NCBI GenBank assembly: GCA_040772485.1
Contig: JAXGYC010000009.1
Span: forward strand, 96,001 to 160,000
DNA from: Sedimentisphaerales bacterium
GTDB taxonomy: Bacteria; Planctomycetota; Phycisphaerae; Sedimentisphaerales; Anaerobacaceae
DNA length: 64,000 bases
Direction: 5' to 3'
Made by a program: the position numbers and the translations under genes
The notes under the pieces: model-generated
What the model saw: only the letters and a program-made list of their open reading frames with translations
Told to the model about the DNA's origin: nothing
Database searches by the model: none
Shown here: one piece after another, positions 17,826 through 27,677 of the stretch
Layout of the letters: each line of letters begins with the position of its first letter
How positions within the stretch are numbered: the stretch's first letter is position 1

Positions 17826-20800
17826 TTACAGCAGACCGGCCAGTGCGGCAACTTCCTCAGCCGACAGCGCTCGGTCGTAGATACGAACTTCATCCATCAA
17901 GCCGGGCATCTCGCGCTGGAGGTCGCCGCCGCTGTTCCAGGCGCCCAGGGCCGCACCACCGAGAACCACGCTCAGCGGCGCTGCAAGGGCTCGGCTGTCT
18001 TCCAGTTGGCCGTTCAGATAGATGGCCGCCTCGGTCTCCGAGATGGTCAGGACCATATGGCTCCACACGGCCGGCATGACCGTCGTGACGCCCTGGAGAT
18101 CGCCGTCGTCCAGGCCGTTGATCCCCGCGTTGGCCGCCGCGTAGCTGAGCTTGAAGTGCACAGCGCCGTCCGTCCAGTCGTTCGTGTTCATGCCGCCGGC
18201 GAACTGCACGCCGGTCAGGTCCGCAGCAGCGAAGACCCACATCGAGTAGCTGCCCTGGCTGAAGAACGCGCCTTCTCCACCCATCCGGGGGATATCGACC
18301 GCGTCGTCATCGCCATCCAGGACCAGAACGCCGTCCAGGATCGTGGCGTCGCCAAGAAGGGTCCCGTCGTAGCCGTTGCCCGTGGCATCGGCGGCATCCG
18401 CATCGAAGGGATAGTGGGCCAGGAGACCCACGGCCAGCGGATCTTCCGGCTCTTCCGGCTCTTCCGGCTCGATGAGCATGTACGCGACCGCGTTCAGGAA
18501 CATCTGCGCGCCGTCTGCATACAGGTCGTACATGCCCGCCGTCTCCGAGTTGATGCCATCGGCTTCGCGACCGCCGGTGAGGAACAGCAGCCGGCGATTG
18601 CCCAGCACGTCGTTGCCGGCTCCGCCGTCATGCGTCAGCGTGGCGCCGGCGGGGTATTCCGCGATCAGCACGGCCCCGGCAGGAACACTGCCCGAGTCCG
18701 CCGAAAGCGTGGCCAGAACCGTGGCCTCGTCATCCACCGGCTCGGTGACGACGGAGATGCCCCGCGCCAGAGTCCCATCGGCATACGAGACCACGCCGGC
18801 ATATGGATTGGCCATGACGCCGTCCACCAGCTCGATCCCCGCAAAGAGGGGGTGCGCCGGATCGGCGACCGCCAGCGCGATGTCCCCGGCGATGTCCGGG
18901 ATCGTGCTGCCGGTGTAGTAACCCATGCGGCTCTTCCTGGCGGTGTAACCGTTCAGGACGATCATCGGCGTCGTGACGCCGTTCCACCTGCCGGCGGCAT
19001 CATTCTGGAAGCTGCCGCTGGCCACCGAGCGGCTGATGATCACCAGGTCGGCCGCGTTGACCACGTTCACGTCGGGCGTGCCCGTCTGCACGTAGCGCAC
19101 CACGTCGTAGCCGGCGCCCTTGAGCAGATCGGTATACCCCTTGTCGGCCGCCACGGTGAAGCCGGCGCCGGCCGCTCCGGCCGACGGCGCATCATCCGCG
19201 CCATGGAAGGAAACCCAGACCACCGTTCCCTTGGAAGGTACCGGCACGCCGATCAGCTCGACCTCGGCGATCTGCATGCTGTTGGCCGAAGCCGCGTCGC
19301 GCACGGCCGGGAACAGGATTTGATAGTGCCGGTACACGGTCGAATTCTCGAACGTGATCGGCGTCGCGTTCATGGTGAACCGCGGCCAGGCATCGACCTG
19401 GTTGAAATCGGCGACTTCGCCGGCGGCGATCAGTTCGTACGGTCCATCGATCGTCCCGTTGGAGCCGTACAGCTCGAACTGGATCGGGTCGCGCTCCACG
19501 GCGTCGTTGGCCGTGGTCAGCGTCAGACCCGTGACCAGCGTCGCGCCGAGGGCCGGCGTGACCTGGAACCCGGTCGGCTCGGTCTCGCCCTTGAAGTGCA
19601 GGTACTTCGTGTTCGCGTCATTGTCGATCACCAGGTTGGGCGTCTCGGCGCCGGGCCAATCTCCATCGTTCGGCACGCCTTGAACCACGTCGCCGGCGCC
19701 GGTGATGTCCGACGCGCCCTTCTGGAAGTACGCGTCGGCGTTCAGGCGAATCTCGCCCAAGGTCAGAGCGCGATCGTAGATCGCCACGCCGAAGATCTCG
19801 CCGTCGAAGTCATCGAAGAAGGGATCCGCGCCCTCGCGATCCTGGGCGCCGTAGCCGATGCCGACCATGCCCGACAGGAGGATCGCCGCATCGACGCTCG
19901 CCTGATAGACGCCGTTGACATAGAGGGCCGTTGTTCCGGCGGCCTCACTGGCGACGAAGACCAGATGAGTCGGCACGCCCGGATTGGTGGCCACGCCATA
20001 GTCGTAGTCGGCCACGCCGAAGGCGGTCGCGCCGTAGGTCCCGGTGTTGTTCCACTGCTCGTACTTGAGTCCCATCTCGGTGTCGCCGAAATCTCTGCGA
20101 CCGATCAGGCACATGCTGGCCTGCGTCTCGTCCGGATTGCTCTGGACGACGAACTCATAGGTCATCTCGCCGCCGAAAGCGCCGATGTCATAGACGCCGT
20201 CCGCGACGTTGGTCGCAAAGTAACCCGGCTCGGCTGCCGTGGCGGCATTTTCCCAGGCCGCCAGCGCCGCGGCGGCAGGGCCGCCCATGATCGCCACGAT
20301 CTCCTCTTCGGCCAGGGCCCGGCTGTACACCTGGGCCTCATCCACGGTGCCCGTAAAATACTGGGTGGCAGCCGCGGCATGTCTTCCGAGTTTCAAGCTG
20401 TTGACCTCGCTGGCGGCCGGCCCGGTCGGAGCGTCGTTCGTCGAGATCAACACGCCGTTCGTATAGGCCTTCAGGTCCTCTCCATCATACGTTCCCGCCA
20501 GATGATACCAGGTCTCGCCATCGAGCGCGCCAAAGCTGGCACCGTGCCAGCCCCCGGCACTCAGACCAACCGCGCCGCGGAACGCATCCTGGGTATGATT
20601 CCAGTTGATCTGGAAATTGGCCTCGCGGTGAATGGGCCCGCTGGGGGTCGCGTTTGCCGGGGCGACCGGGCTCTTGACCCAGATGCTGACCGTGAAGTTG
20701 GCCAGGTTGTCCACCATGCCGGTGTCGACGTAGTCGTCACCGTCGAATTCCAGGGCCGTACCGAACACGCCGGGGACCCAGTTGGGATCGCCGAAGAACG

Positions 20801-20972
20801 CGCCGTCAAAGCCGTTGCCGCTGGCGTCGGCCGTCAGCACGCCTTCGCCCTCGTCCAGCGGCCAGTAGCCGACCAGGGCGTCGTCCTCCAGGAAATTCCA
20901 CGCGCCCAGCGCGCTGCCCTGCACCAGGGCCAATACCACCAGACTGACAAAGCAAGCACATCGTCTCCACAT
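17826..20972 (-). CDS. Large secreted multi-LamG (concanavalin-like) protein, paralogue A
   Basis: GGAGG SD, signal peptide, LVGYWPLDEGEG, GTVDEAQVYSRAL, GLMDEVRIYDRALSAEEV repeats. Confidence 0.9.
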   Translation of the reverse strand: MWRRCACFVSLVVLALVQGSALGAWNFLEDDALVGYWPLDEGEGVLTADASGNGFDGAFFGDPNWVPGVFGTALEFDGDDYVDTGMVDNLANFTVSIWVKSPVAPANATPSGPIHREANFQINWNHTQDAFRGAVGLSAGGWHGASFGALDGETWYHLAGTYDGEDLKAYTNGVLISTNDAPTGPAASEVNSLKLGRHAAAATQYFTGTVDEAQVYSRALAEEEIVAIMGGPAAAALAAWENAATAAEPGYFATNVADGVYDIGAFGGEMTYEFVVQSNPDETQASMCLIGRRDFGDTEMGLKYEQWNNTGTYGATAFGVADYDYGVATNPGVPTHLVFVASEAAGTTALYVNGVYQASVDAAILLSGMVGIGYGAQDREGADPFFDDFDGEIFGVAIYDRALTLGEIRLNADAYFQKGASDITGAGDVVQGVPNDGDWPGAETPNLVIDNDANTKYLHFKGETEPTGFQVTPALGATLVTGLTLTTANDAVERDPIQFELYGSNGTIDGPYELIAAGEVADFNQVDAWPRFTMNATPITFENSTVYRHYQILFPAVRDAASANSMQIAEVELIGVPVPSKGTVVWVSFHGADDAPSAGAAGAGFTVAADKGYTDLLKGAGYDVVRYVQTGTPDVNVVNAADLVIISRSVASGSFQNDAAGRWNGVTTPMIVLNGYTARKSRMGYYTGSTIPDIAGDIALAVADPAHPLFAGIELVDGVMANPYAGVVSYADGTLARGISVVTEPVDDEATVLATLSADSGSVPAGAVLIAEYPAGATLTHDGGAGNDVLGNRRLLFLTGGREADGINSETAGMYDLYADGAQMFLNAVAYMLIEPEEPEEPEDPLAVGLLAHYPFDADAADATGNGYDGTLLGDATILDGVLVLDGDDDAVDIPRMGGEGAFFSQGSYSMWVFAAADLTGVQFAGGMNTNDWTDGAVHFKLSYAAANAGINGLDDGDLQGVTTVMPAVWSHMVLTISETEAAIYLNGQLEDSRALAAPLSVVLGGAALGAWNSGGDLQREMPGLMDEVRIYDRALSAEEVAALAGLL
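19242..20290. repeat. About 1.05 kb coding module shared with 22585-23633
   Basis: Constant offset of 3343 nt at both ends; long identical runs (LamG-like plus discoidin-like module). Confidence 0.9.
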
Positions 20973-21381
20973 AACACACCTCCGTCGCACAGGAATGCTA
21001 CCAAGGCGATCCGACCACACGTCGGAACCCGCGTCCCTCCCCATAGACTTTGCCGTTCTTTTCATCGCCGCCCCTTCAATAGACAGACTTCGAGCTGGAA
21101 CGCTGATAAGTCGGCCCTTACCTCCGGCGTATCACCTCCTTTCCCTGGGTGGGGTGCTTCAGACATGCGGCGTGGGTCTGCGACGGGTCTATCCATGGTG
21201 CAAAGCCGTCGGGACCGCATGTTCCACCCTGCCTTACCGTCGGACATTACCTCGCTGCGAGGGGGGTAGGGAAGAATTGAGACGCGGAAAGCCCTATCCT
21301 GTACCCATGCCGCACGATCCACATGGGCGGAAAGCCTGCCGTCCTTTTTCCCACCTCACAGAGCGCACAAACCTGGAAACC
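20973..21381 (-). ncRNA. Candidate structured cis-regulatory 5' leader, copy A
   Basis: 20975-21266 is nearly identical to 24360-24651; nested stems ACATGCGG/CCGCATGT and CGACGG/CCGTCG; hairpin TCCGAC/GTCGGA. Confidence 0.55.
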
Positions 21382-21387
21382 TCACCC

Positions 21388-21416
21388 ATTATAGGATCAT
21401 GCCCCCCTCAAAGCAA
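21388..21416 (-). promoter_or_regulatory. Sigma70 promoter of LamG paralogue A
   Basis: Minus strand TTGCTT-17 nt-TATAAT; conserved in copy B. Confidence 0.75.
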
Positions 21417-21819
21417 GCCCTATATTCCCCGATCCTCCCAGATTCCAAAATTCCCGCGCCGGCCCTGCCGGGCGGGGGGAGAAGGGCCTACGATGGGCTG
21501 TAGGATGGGCTTGCAGCCCATGCGGCATCAATCCCGGTTTTCGCGAGATACGAGATTCGAGATACGCCCCGGGTGCGAACGGCCGCAGGATGGGCTTGGA
21601 GCCCATGCGGCGCTTTGCCCGTTCGGCGGGGCCGTCAGTGCGCAACCCGTCAAGAGGCTCCACAAAAGGCGAAGGGGCCATTTACGGCCCCTTCACCGGA
21701 TAGACCTTTTGCCTGCCCGACTCGCAGACAGGCTCAGCCCACCAAAGAGAGGGCTGCAAGCGTTTGCACACAACCCGCAATGTTGCCCTGACTGACCTTT
21801 TCGACTCTTCCGAAGCGCC

Positions 21820-24357
21820 TCAGTTGGTCACCGACAGATAGTCGACATCAAACGCCGTGACCGCACCGGTTCCGGAGGAGCCGAAGGCGATGTAACCGTA
21901 GTCCTTCTCCGTCCCGGTTCCCGCGGTGACCTCGAACGATTGCACCGCCTCGCCGTTGACCGATACGGTAACGACGTGCGTACCGGCGCCGCCCGCGACG
22001 ATATCGATCACGATACTGTTCCAGGCGGTTGCATCGGCGATGGCAAGTACATTCGCCACTCCGGCATCTCCTGTGTCCACGTCGCCCGACGGCTCCGTGC
22101 CTACGAGGTTGTTCATAACCAGGGCATCGGTCTCCAGACCTGCGATCTCGCCGGCTTTGGCCAGAGAGAAGGAGATGACCTGGCTGCCGTCCGAGACACC
22201 GATCATGCCTTTGCCATTGTCGCGGATATGGTAGCCGATACCCGCCTCCGGCCAGGGCGATGTTTCCGCTCCGCCATCCGGATGCAGATCGTCCAGTCCG
22301 GCGCCGGTCGCCACACGGACGGCGACCTCCAGGTGTGCACCGTCGAGACTGGCACAGATCGGGTGGGTGAGATAAATCTTACGGTTGCTGGGGTCGGGCA
22401 TGCCGTAGTCCCTCGGGTCGCCCGTGTCCTGAACGCGCAGGAACGTGACATCCTCATCGACGATTGCCGCGACGCCACCCGGGCCGCCTTCACCGGGGCC
22501 GGTGCCGTCCCATGCGTCGGAGCCATTGTCGTGCTCCCACTGGTCGTCCAGGGCGCCGCCGTCGTACGTGTACCTCGGCAGGCACGGCACGCCGATCAGC
22601 TCGACCTCGGCGATCTGCATGCTGTTGGCCGAAGCCGGGTCGCGCACCGCCGGGAACAGGATCTGATAGTGTTGGTACGCGACCACGTTCTCAAACGCGA
22701 TCGGCGTCGCGTTCATGGTGAACCGCGGCCAGGCATCGACCTGATTGAAATCGGCCACTTCGCCGGAGGCGATCAGCGCATACGGTCCATCGATGCTCTC
22801 ATTGGAGCCGTAAAGCTCGAACGCAATCGGGTCGCGCTCCACGGCGTCGTTGGCGGTCGTCAGGGTCAGCCCCGTGACCACCGTCGCGCCGAGGGCCGGC
22901 GTGACCTGGAACCCGGTCGGCTCGGTCTCGCCCTTGAAGTGCAGGTACTTCGTGGCCACGTTGTCGTCGATCGCCAGATCGGGCGTCTCGGCGCCGGGCC
23001 AATCCCCGTCGTTCGGCACGCCCTGGACGGCGTCGCCGGCAGCGGTGATGTCCGACGGACCTTTTTCGAGGTATGTGTCGGCGTTCACGCGGATCTCGCC
23101 CTTGGATAGAGCGCGGTCGTAGATCGCCACGCCGAAGATCTCGCCGTCGAAGTCATCGAAGAAGGGATCCGCGCCCTCGCGATCCTGGGCGCCGTAGCCG
23201 ATGCCCACCAGGCCCGAGAGGGTGATGGCGGCCGCCACGCTGCCCTTGTAAGCGCCGTTGACGTACAGGTCCGTCGTGCCCGCCTCAGCGCTGGCGACGA
23301 AGACCAGATGGGTGAAGAGTCCGGGCGTGTTGGCCACACCGAAGTCATAGTCGGCCACGCCGAAGGCGGTCGCGCCATAGGTGCCGGTGTTGTTCCATTG
23401 CTCGTACTTGAGTCCCATCTCGGTGTCGCCGAAGTCTCTGCGGCCGATCAGGCACATGCTGGCCTGCTCCTCGTCGGGATTGCTTCGGACGAGGAACTCA
23501 TAGGTCATCTCGCCGCCGAAGACGCCGATGTCATAGAGCCCGTCCTCGACGTTGGTCGCGAAGAAGCCCGGCTTGCCTGCCATGGCGGCATCTTCCCAAG
23601 CCGCCAGAGTGGCCGGCGCCGGACCGCCCATGACGGCCTGAACCTGCTCCTGCGACAGCGCCCCATCGTAGGTGCGCACGTCGCTCATGAACCCCGCCCA
23701 GTTCTCGCCCTCCGCATTCTCGTTATCACCGCCGAAATAGAGCGGCTGCGGGAAGTCCAGCGCCTGGGTGATTGTCCCCGTGCCGGCCACCATGCCGTTG
23801 CGGTAGTAGGTCAACTGATCTGCGGTCTTGACGACGACGTGATGGAGCCACACGTCATTGGGAATGTCCTCGTATTCCATGTTGTCATCGCCGTTGCCGT
23901 TCATGTGCCACTCGAACTTGGTCGGCGTGAACTTGATGAACTGGCGGGGCACGAAGTCGACGGCATTCTCGTCCATGCGATTGCCGAGAATGATGTCGTT
24001 TTGTCCGTTGCCCGGCGCCTGCTTGGCCCAGAAGGCCCAGGTGAAGTCGTTTTCCAGCGTCATCTGCGGAATGCTGCCGGCACGAACATAGGCGCCGCTC
24101 GCCGTACCGTCAAAACTGATGACGGCGCCCAGGTCTGCGTCTTCGACCCAGACCGAGCCGTCCGTGCCGAGACCGTTGGCCGCGTTGTGGATCGTCCCGT
24201 CCACGCCGTTGCCGGACATATCGACCGCCGTCTCCCCGATGCCTTCGTTCAAAGGCCACCACCCCGCCAAATTGGGGTCGGCCGCTTCTGCTCCGCTGGC
24301 GAGAACCAGACTGAGCACCGCCACAAACGAAGCCCGACAAACCAATGTTCTCCACAT
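21820..24357 (-). CDS. Large secreted LamG-domain protein, paralogue B
   Basis: GGAGG SD, signal peptide, LAGWWPLNEGIG, FMSDVRTYDGALS; shares the central module with paralogue A. Confidence 0.9.
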   Translation of the reverse strand: MWRTLVCRASFVAVLSLVLASGAEAADPNLAGWWPLNEGIGETAVDMSGNGVDGTIHNAANGLGTDGSVWVEDADLGAVISFDGTASGAYVRAGSIPQMTLENDFTWAFWAKQAPGNGQNDIILGNRMDENAVDFVPRQFIKFTPTKFEWHMNGNGDDNMEYEDIPNDVWLHHVVVKTADQLTYYRNGMVAGTGTITQALDFPQPLYFGGDNENAEGENWAGFMSDVRTYDGALSQEQVQAVMGGPAPATLAAWEDAAMAGKPGFFATNVEDGLYDIGVFGGEMTYEFLVRSNPDEEQASMCLIGRRDFGDTEMGLKYEQWNNTGTYGATAFGVADYDFGVANTPGLFTHLVFVASAEAGTTDLYVNGAYKGSVAAAITLSGLVGIGYGAQDREGADPFFDDFDGEIFGVAIYDRALSKGEIRVNADTYLEKGPSDITAAGDAVQGVPNDGDWPGAETPDLAIDDNVATKYLHFKGETEPTGFQVTPALGATVVTGLTLTTANDAVERDPIAFELYGSNESIDGPYALIASGEVADFNQVDAWPRFTMNATPIAFENVVAYQHYQILFPAVRDPASANSMQIAEVELIGVPCLPRYTYDGGALDDQWEHDNGSDAWDGTGPGEGGPGGVAAIVDEDVTFLRVQDTGDPRDYGMPDPSNRKIYLTHPICASLDGAHLEVAVRVATGAGLDDLHPDGGAETSPWPEAGIGYHIRDNGKGMIGVSDGSQVISFSLAKAGEIAGLETDALVMNNLVGTEPSGDVDTGDAGVANVLAIADATAWNSIVIDIVAGGAGTHVVTVSVNGEAVQSFEVTAGTGTEKDYGYIAFGSSGTGAVTAFDVDYLSVTN

Positions 24358-24745
24358 GACACACCTCCGTCGCACACGAATGCTGCTCAGGCGATCCGAC
24401 CACACGTCGGAATCCGCGTTCCTCCCCATAGACTTTGCCGTTCTTTTCATTGCCGCCCCTTCAATAGACAGACTTCGAGCTGGAACGCTGATAAGTCGGC
24501 CCTTACCTCCGGCGTATCACCTCCTTTCCCTGGGCGGGGTGTCTGCGACATGCGGCGTGGGTCTGCGACGGGTCTATCCATGGTGCAAAGCCGTCGGGAC
24601 CGCATGTTCCACCCTGCCTTGCCGTTGGACACTACCTCACTGCGAGGGGGGACAGAGGAACAGAAGGCGACGGGTGTCGGAATGACCAGGAAACCACCGA
24701 GTACACCCTTCTTCCCACCTCACAGAGCGTACAAACCTGGAAACC
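24358..24745 (-). ncRNA. Candidate structured cis-regulatory 5' leader, copy B
   Basis: Paralogue of copy A at an offset of 3385 nt in the conserved block. Confidence 0.55.
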
Positions 24746-24751
24746 TTATCC

Positions 24752-24780
24752 ATTATAGGGTCATGCCCACCCCAGAGCAA
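24752..24780 (-). promoter_or_regulatory. Sigma70 promoter of LamG paralogue B
   Basis: Minus strand TTGCTC-17 nt-TATAAT. Confidence 0.75.
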
Positions 24781-24976
24781 GCCCATATTCCGCCACCCTC
24801 GGCAGATTGCGAAATTCCCGCCCCCGCCCCGGGCCGGTGAGAAGGGTGGGAACGTGCGAAGGGTGTGAAGGGACGAACGCGCGGGGGGCGCCCTGCGGTT
24901 CTCCACTCTGTATTCTGCGCGTGCGGCGAATGCTCCTGGCCGCCGGCGCTACTGCCGGTCGTGGGCTCTGCCGGGG

Positions 24977-26293
24977 TCAGCCGTTCAGGGTCCAGCCCTG
25001 GCGGTACTGCTTGCGGATGTACTGGTCGGCCTCGGGGCAATTGGTGGCCTTGAGGTTCTCGGCATCCCAATCGAGCTTCTGCCCGAGGCGATAGGCGACC
25101 AGCGCCAGCAGGTTGTTCTCGAGCAACGCGCCGGAATAGTCGAAGTTGCACAGCGGCGGCTTGCCGGTCTTGCACCCGATGATCCATTCCTCATGGTGTC
25201 CGGGCGAGGGCGGAATCAGATCGCCCGCCTTGGGGCAGTCGAAATGCGTCAGGTCGCCCATCGGCATCAGGATGCGGAAATCGTAGTCGCAGAGCAACCA
25301 GCCTTTTTCGCCCTGGAAGAGCACGCCCTTGAAGAGCTTCTCCCGATTGAATGCTTCGGACGGCATGCCCGGTTTCTTGCCGCCGTCGTACCAGTAGACC
25401 TTGACGGCCGGCCGCCAATCATTGGCAGGGTGGTCCCACTCGGCGGTCAGCCACTGGGGGCACGTGTCGGGGTTCAGCGGCGATCCCTCCGCCTGGCAGG
25501 TGGTCGGCAGACGAAGATCCAGGGCCCAGTACGCCATGTCCATCATGTGGCTTCCCATGTCGCCGATCTGGCCGCTGCCGAAGTCCCAGAAGCGGTTCCA
25601 GGCGAGGCACCCGCCGAAGTAGCCCGGATTGTACGGGTGCTCTGGCGCAGGGCCGATCCAGAGGTCCCAATGAAGGTGCTCCGGGACGGGTCCGGCGGCG
25701 GGCAGGTAGCTGCCCCCCTCGGGCGTGCGGCTGCACCAGACGTGGACTTTCTTGACGTCGCCGATCGCTCCCCGGCGGACCAGCTCCACCATCCGCCGGT
25801 AGTTGTCGCTGGCGTGAATCTGCGTGCCCATCTGGGTGGCGAGCTTGCCCTTGTTCTTGAGATAAGTCTGGCGGACGACATGCGCCTCATGGACGGAATT
25901 GGCCAGCGGCTTCTCGCAGTATACGTGCTTTCCCCGGTTCATCGCCCAGACATTGACGAAGGCGTGGGTGTGATCGGTGGTCGAGCACACGACGGCATCG
26001 ATGTCCTTCTGATCGAGGCACTTGCGCCAGTCGACGTACGTCCTGGCCTGCGGGAATTCCTGCGCCGCTTCGGCGAGATTCTTCTCATTGACATCGCAGA
26101 GGGCCACGATGTTCTCTTCTTTGACGCCGTTCAGATTGGCGTGGCCCCGCCCCCGGACGCCGATGACCGCGACGTTGAGCTTCTCGTTGGGGGAGTTACC
26201 AGCCTTGAGGATGCCTGATTTGAGGATGGTGACACCCGCCCCCACGGCAGCGCTGGTCTTCAGGAAGGTTCGGCGGTCGATTTGCGTGCTCAT
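24977..26293 (-). CDS. Tat-exported Gfo/Idh/MocA oxidoreductase
   Basis: DRRTFLK Tat motif, VIGVRGRG, TTDHTH, HVYCEKPLA, GDMGSH. Confidence 0.95.
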   Translation of the reverse strand: MSTQIDRRTFLKTSAAVGAGVTILKSGILKAGNSPNEKLNVAVIGVRGRGHANLNGVKEENIVALCDVNEKNLAEAAQEFPQARTYVDWRKCLDQKDIDAVVCSTTDHTHAFVNVWAMNRGKHVYCEKPLANSVHEAHVVRQTYLKNKGKLATQMGTQIHASDNYRRMVELVRRGAIGDVKKVHVWCSRTPEGGSYLPAAGPVPEHLHWDLWIGPAPEHPYNPGYFGGCLAWNRFWDFGSGQIGDMGSHMMDMAYWALDLRLPTTCQAEGSPLNPDTCPQWLTAEWDHPANDWRPAVKVYWYDGGKKPGMPSEAFNREKLFKGVLFQGEKGWLLCDYDFRILMPMGDLTHFDCPKAGDLIPPSPGHHEEWIIGCKTGKPPLCNFDYSGALLENNLLALVAYRLGQKLDWDAENLKATNCPEADQYIRKQYRQGWTLNG

Positions 26294-26914
26294 CGCAGGT
26301 CTCCTTGGTCTGGTATCACAAAGACTGACGAAAAAAAGGACTCGATCTGGGGAACAGATCTGTTGCGTACTTTCCGGCCCCGCCCCCGGAGCCCGGCCTG
26401 CGCGCCATGCGAGGTTCCCGGACCGTGCGATGGGCGTTTGGTGCGTCCGAAAGCTGAACCGACACGATCCATTCGACCTCACAAACAGGGCTCTCGTATG
26501 CCACGGTCTGCACAGTGCCCGATAGAGCATCCAGTTTCATCGCTCCGCGCTATGCCTGTCAAGCGCCAATATGACCGTTGTGGACAGGGGGTGCGAACGT
26601 ACGAAGGGGTGTGAACGTGCGAAGGGCCGGAAGGGTGCGAACGGCCCCGACGGCAGGCCCCCAGGGATACCCATCTACGCCTTCACGCACCACGGGCGAC
26701 GAAGTGATCCCGCCTCCAGTCTCCAGCCTCCGGCCTGCAACCTGCCGTGCAACGAGATACGAGCGAAGCCTGCCCCTTCGGCCGTGCTCAGGGCAAGCTC
26801 CGAGCGCAGTCGAGGGGAGATACGAGATTCGCCCCCGGGCGCCAGCCCGCCGGCCGCAGGATGGGCTCGGAGCCCATGCGGCCACTGTTTCACGGCTTTT
26901 TCGGGAAAAGCCTG

Positions 26915-26943
26915 TTGACATTATGTCATCAATCGGCGATAAT
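26915..26943 (+). promoter_or_regulatory. higBA promoter with overlapping palindromic operator
   Basis: TTGACA-17 nt-GATAAT; palindrome TGACA-tta-TGTCA at 26916-26928. Confidence 0.75.
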
Positions 26944-26952
26944 AGCAGGATA

Positions 26953-27261
26953 ATGCGAATCATCAAGACGAGCATGTTACGCGCGTTCTGGGAGTCCCAC
27001 GGACAGGCCAAGGCATCGCTTGGGCTGTGGGTGCAGCAGACGAAGGCCGCCGAGTGGCAGAGCTTCGCCGACGTGCGCAAGACCTTTCCCAACGCGGACC
27101 GCGTGACGACAGCCAGCAGCCGGTCGGTAGTGGTGTTCAACATCGCTCATAACCGCTACCGACTGATCGCGGCGGTGCACTACAACATGCGTATCGTCTA
27201 CACCCTGCTGATTCTCACGCACAAAGAGTACGACGCCAACACCTGGAAGGGACAGCTATGA
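26953..27261 (+). CDS. higB: HigB-family mRNA interferase toxin
   Basis: MRIIK...W....AEWQSFADVRKTFPNAD...VVFNIAHNRYRLIAAVHY...THKEYD. Confidence 0.93.
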   Translation: MRIIKTSMLRAFWESHGQAKASLGLWVQQTKAAEWQSFADVRKTFPNADRVTTASSRSVVVFNIAHNRYRLIAAVHYNMRIVYTLLILTHKEYDANTWKGQL

Positions 27262-27677
27262 GAACGCGGACCTTCACGCACGACGACATTCCGGCCAGCT
27301 ACGCGGAACTGATGGGGCTGTTCATGGTGCGGCCGCTGCATGACGAGGTCGATTACCGCAACGCCCTGGGCGTGCTGGACGCGATGGCGGGCTATGACCT
27401 GAATTCCGATCAGGCCGATTACTTCGAGGCCGTCGCGACTTTCGTAGAGAAATACGAAGCTGAGCATCACCCGATCAACGATCCGAATCTGCCCGTGGTA
27501 GAGTTGCTTCGGCATCTCCTGGAAGAGCACGGCATGGGCGAGTCGGACCTGGGCAGGCTGCTGGGCGATCGCAGCCTCGGCCACCGCATTCTCACGGGCG
27601 AGCGCGAACTCAGCAAGGCGCACATCCGCATCCTGGCCGACCATTTCGCGCTGAATCCCGGCGCATTGCTCCGATAG
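27258..27677 (+). CDS. higA: HigA-family antitoxin (HTH)
   Basis: RPLHDEVDY...VEKYEAEH...LRHLLEEHG...ILTGERELSKAHIRILADHF; ATGA overlap. Confidence 0.92.
   Translation: MRTRTFTHDDIPASYAELMGLFMVRPLHDEVDYRNALGVLDAMAGYDLNSDQADYFEAVATFVEKYEAEHHPINDPNLPVVELLRHLLEEHGMGESDLGRLLGDRSLGHRILTGERELSKAHIRILADHFALNPGALLR

Noticed and set aside
18441..18470. TCTTCCGGC x3 as a contingency repeat
   Set aside because: In-frame 9-mer coding an EPEEPEEPE linker; length change would not shift the frame.
21005..21062. c-di-GMP-I (GEMM) riboswitch suggested by GGCAAA...GACGC in the leader
   Set aside because: No GNRA-capped P2 stem, no GCAAAG continuation, and copy B changes GGGACGC to GGAACGC.
20973..21065. 31-aa N-terminal extensions (MKRTAKS...) of both LamG ORFs in the track
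   Set aside because: A GGAGG SD and typical signal peptides begin at ATG 20972 and 24357; the extension is more likely leader sequence.
17766..21269. Very long antisense or shifted-frame ORFs (for example 17766-21269 +, 44861-47119 +, 47300-49732 +, 10052-12151 -)
   Set aside because: They shadow well-supported genes, as expected in high-GC DNA, and show no recognisable motifs.
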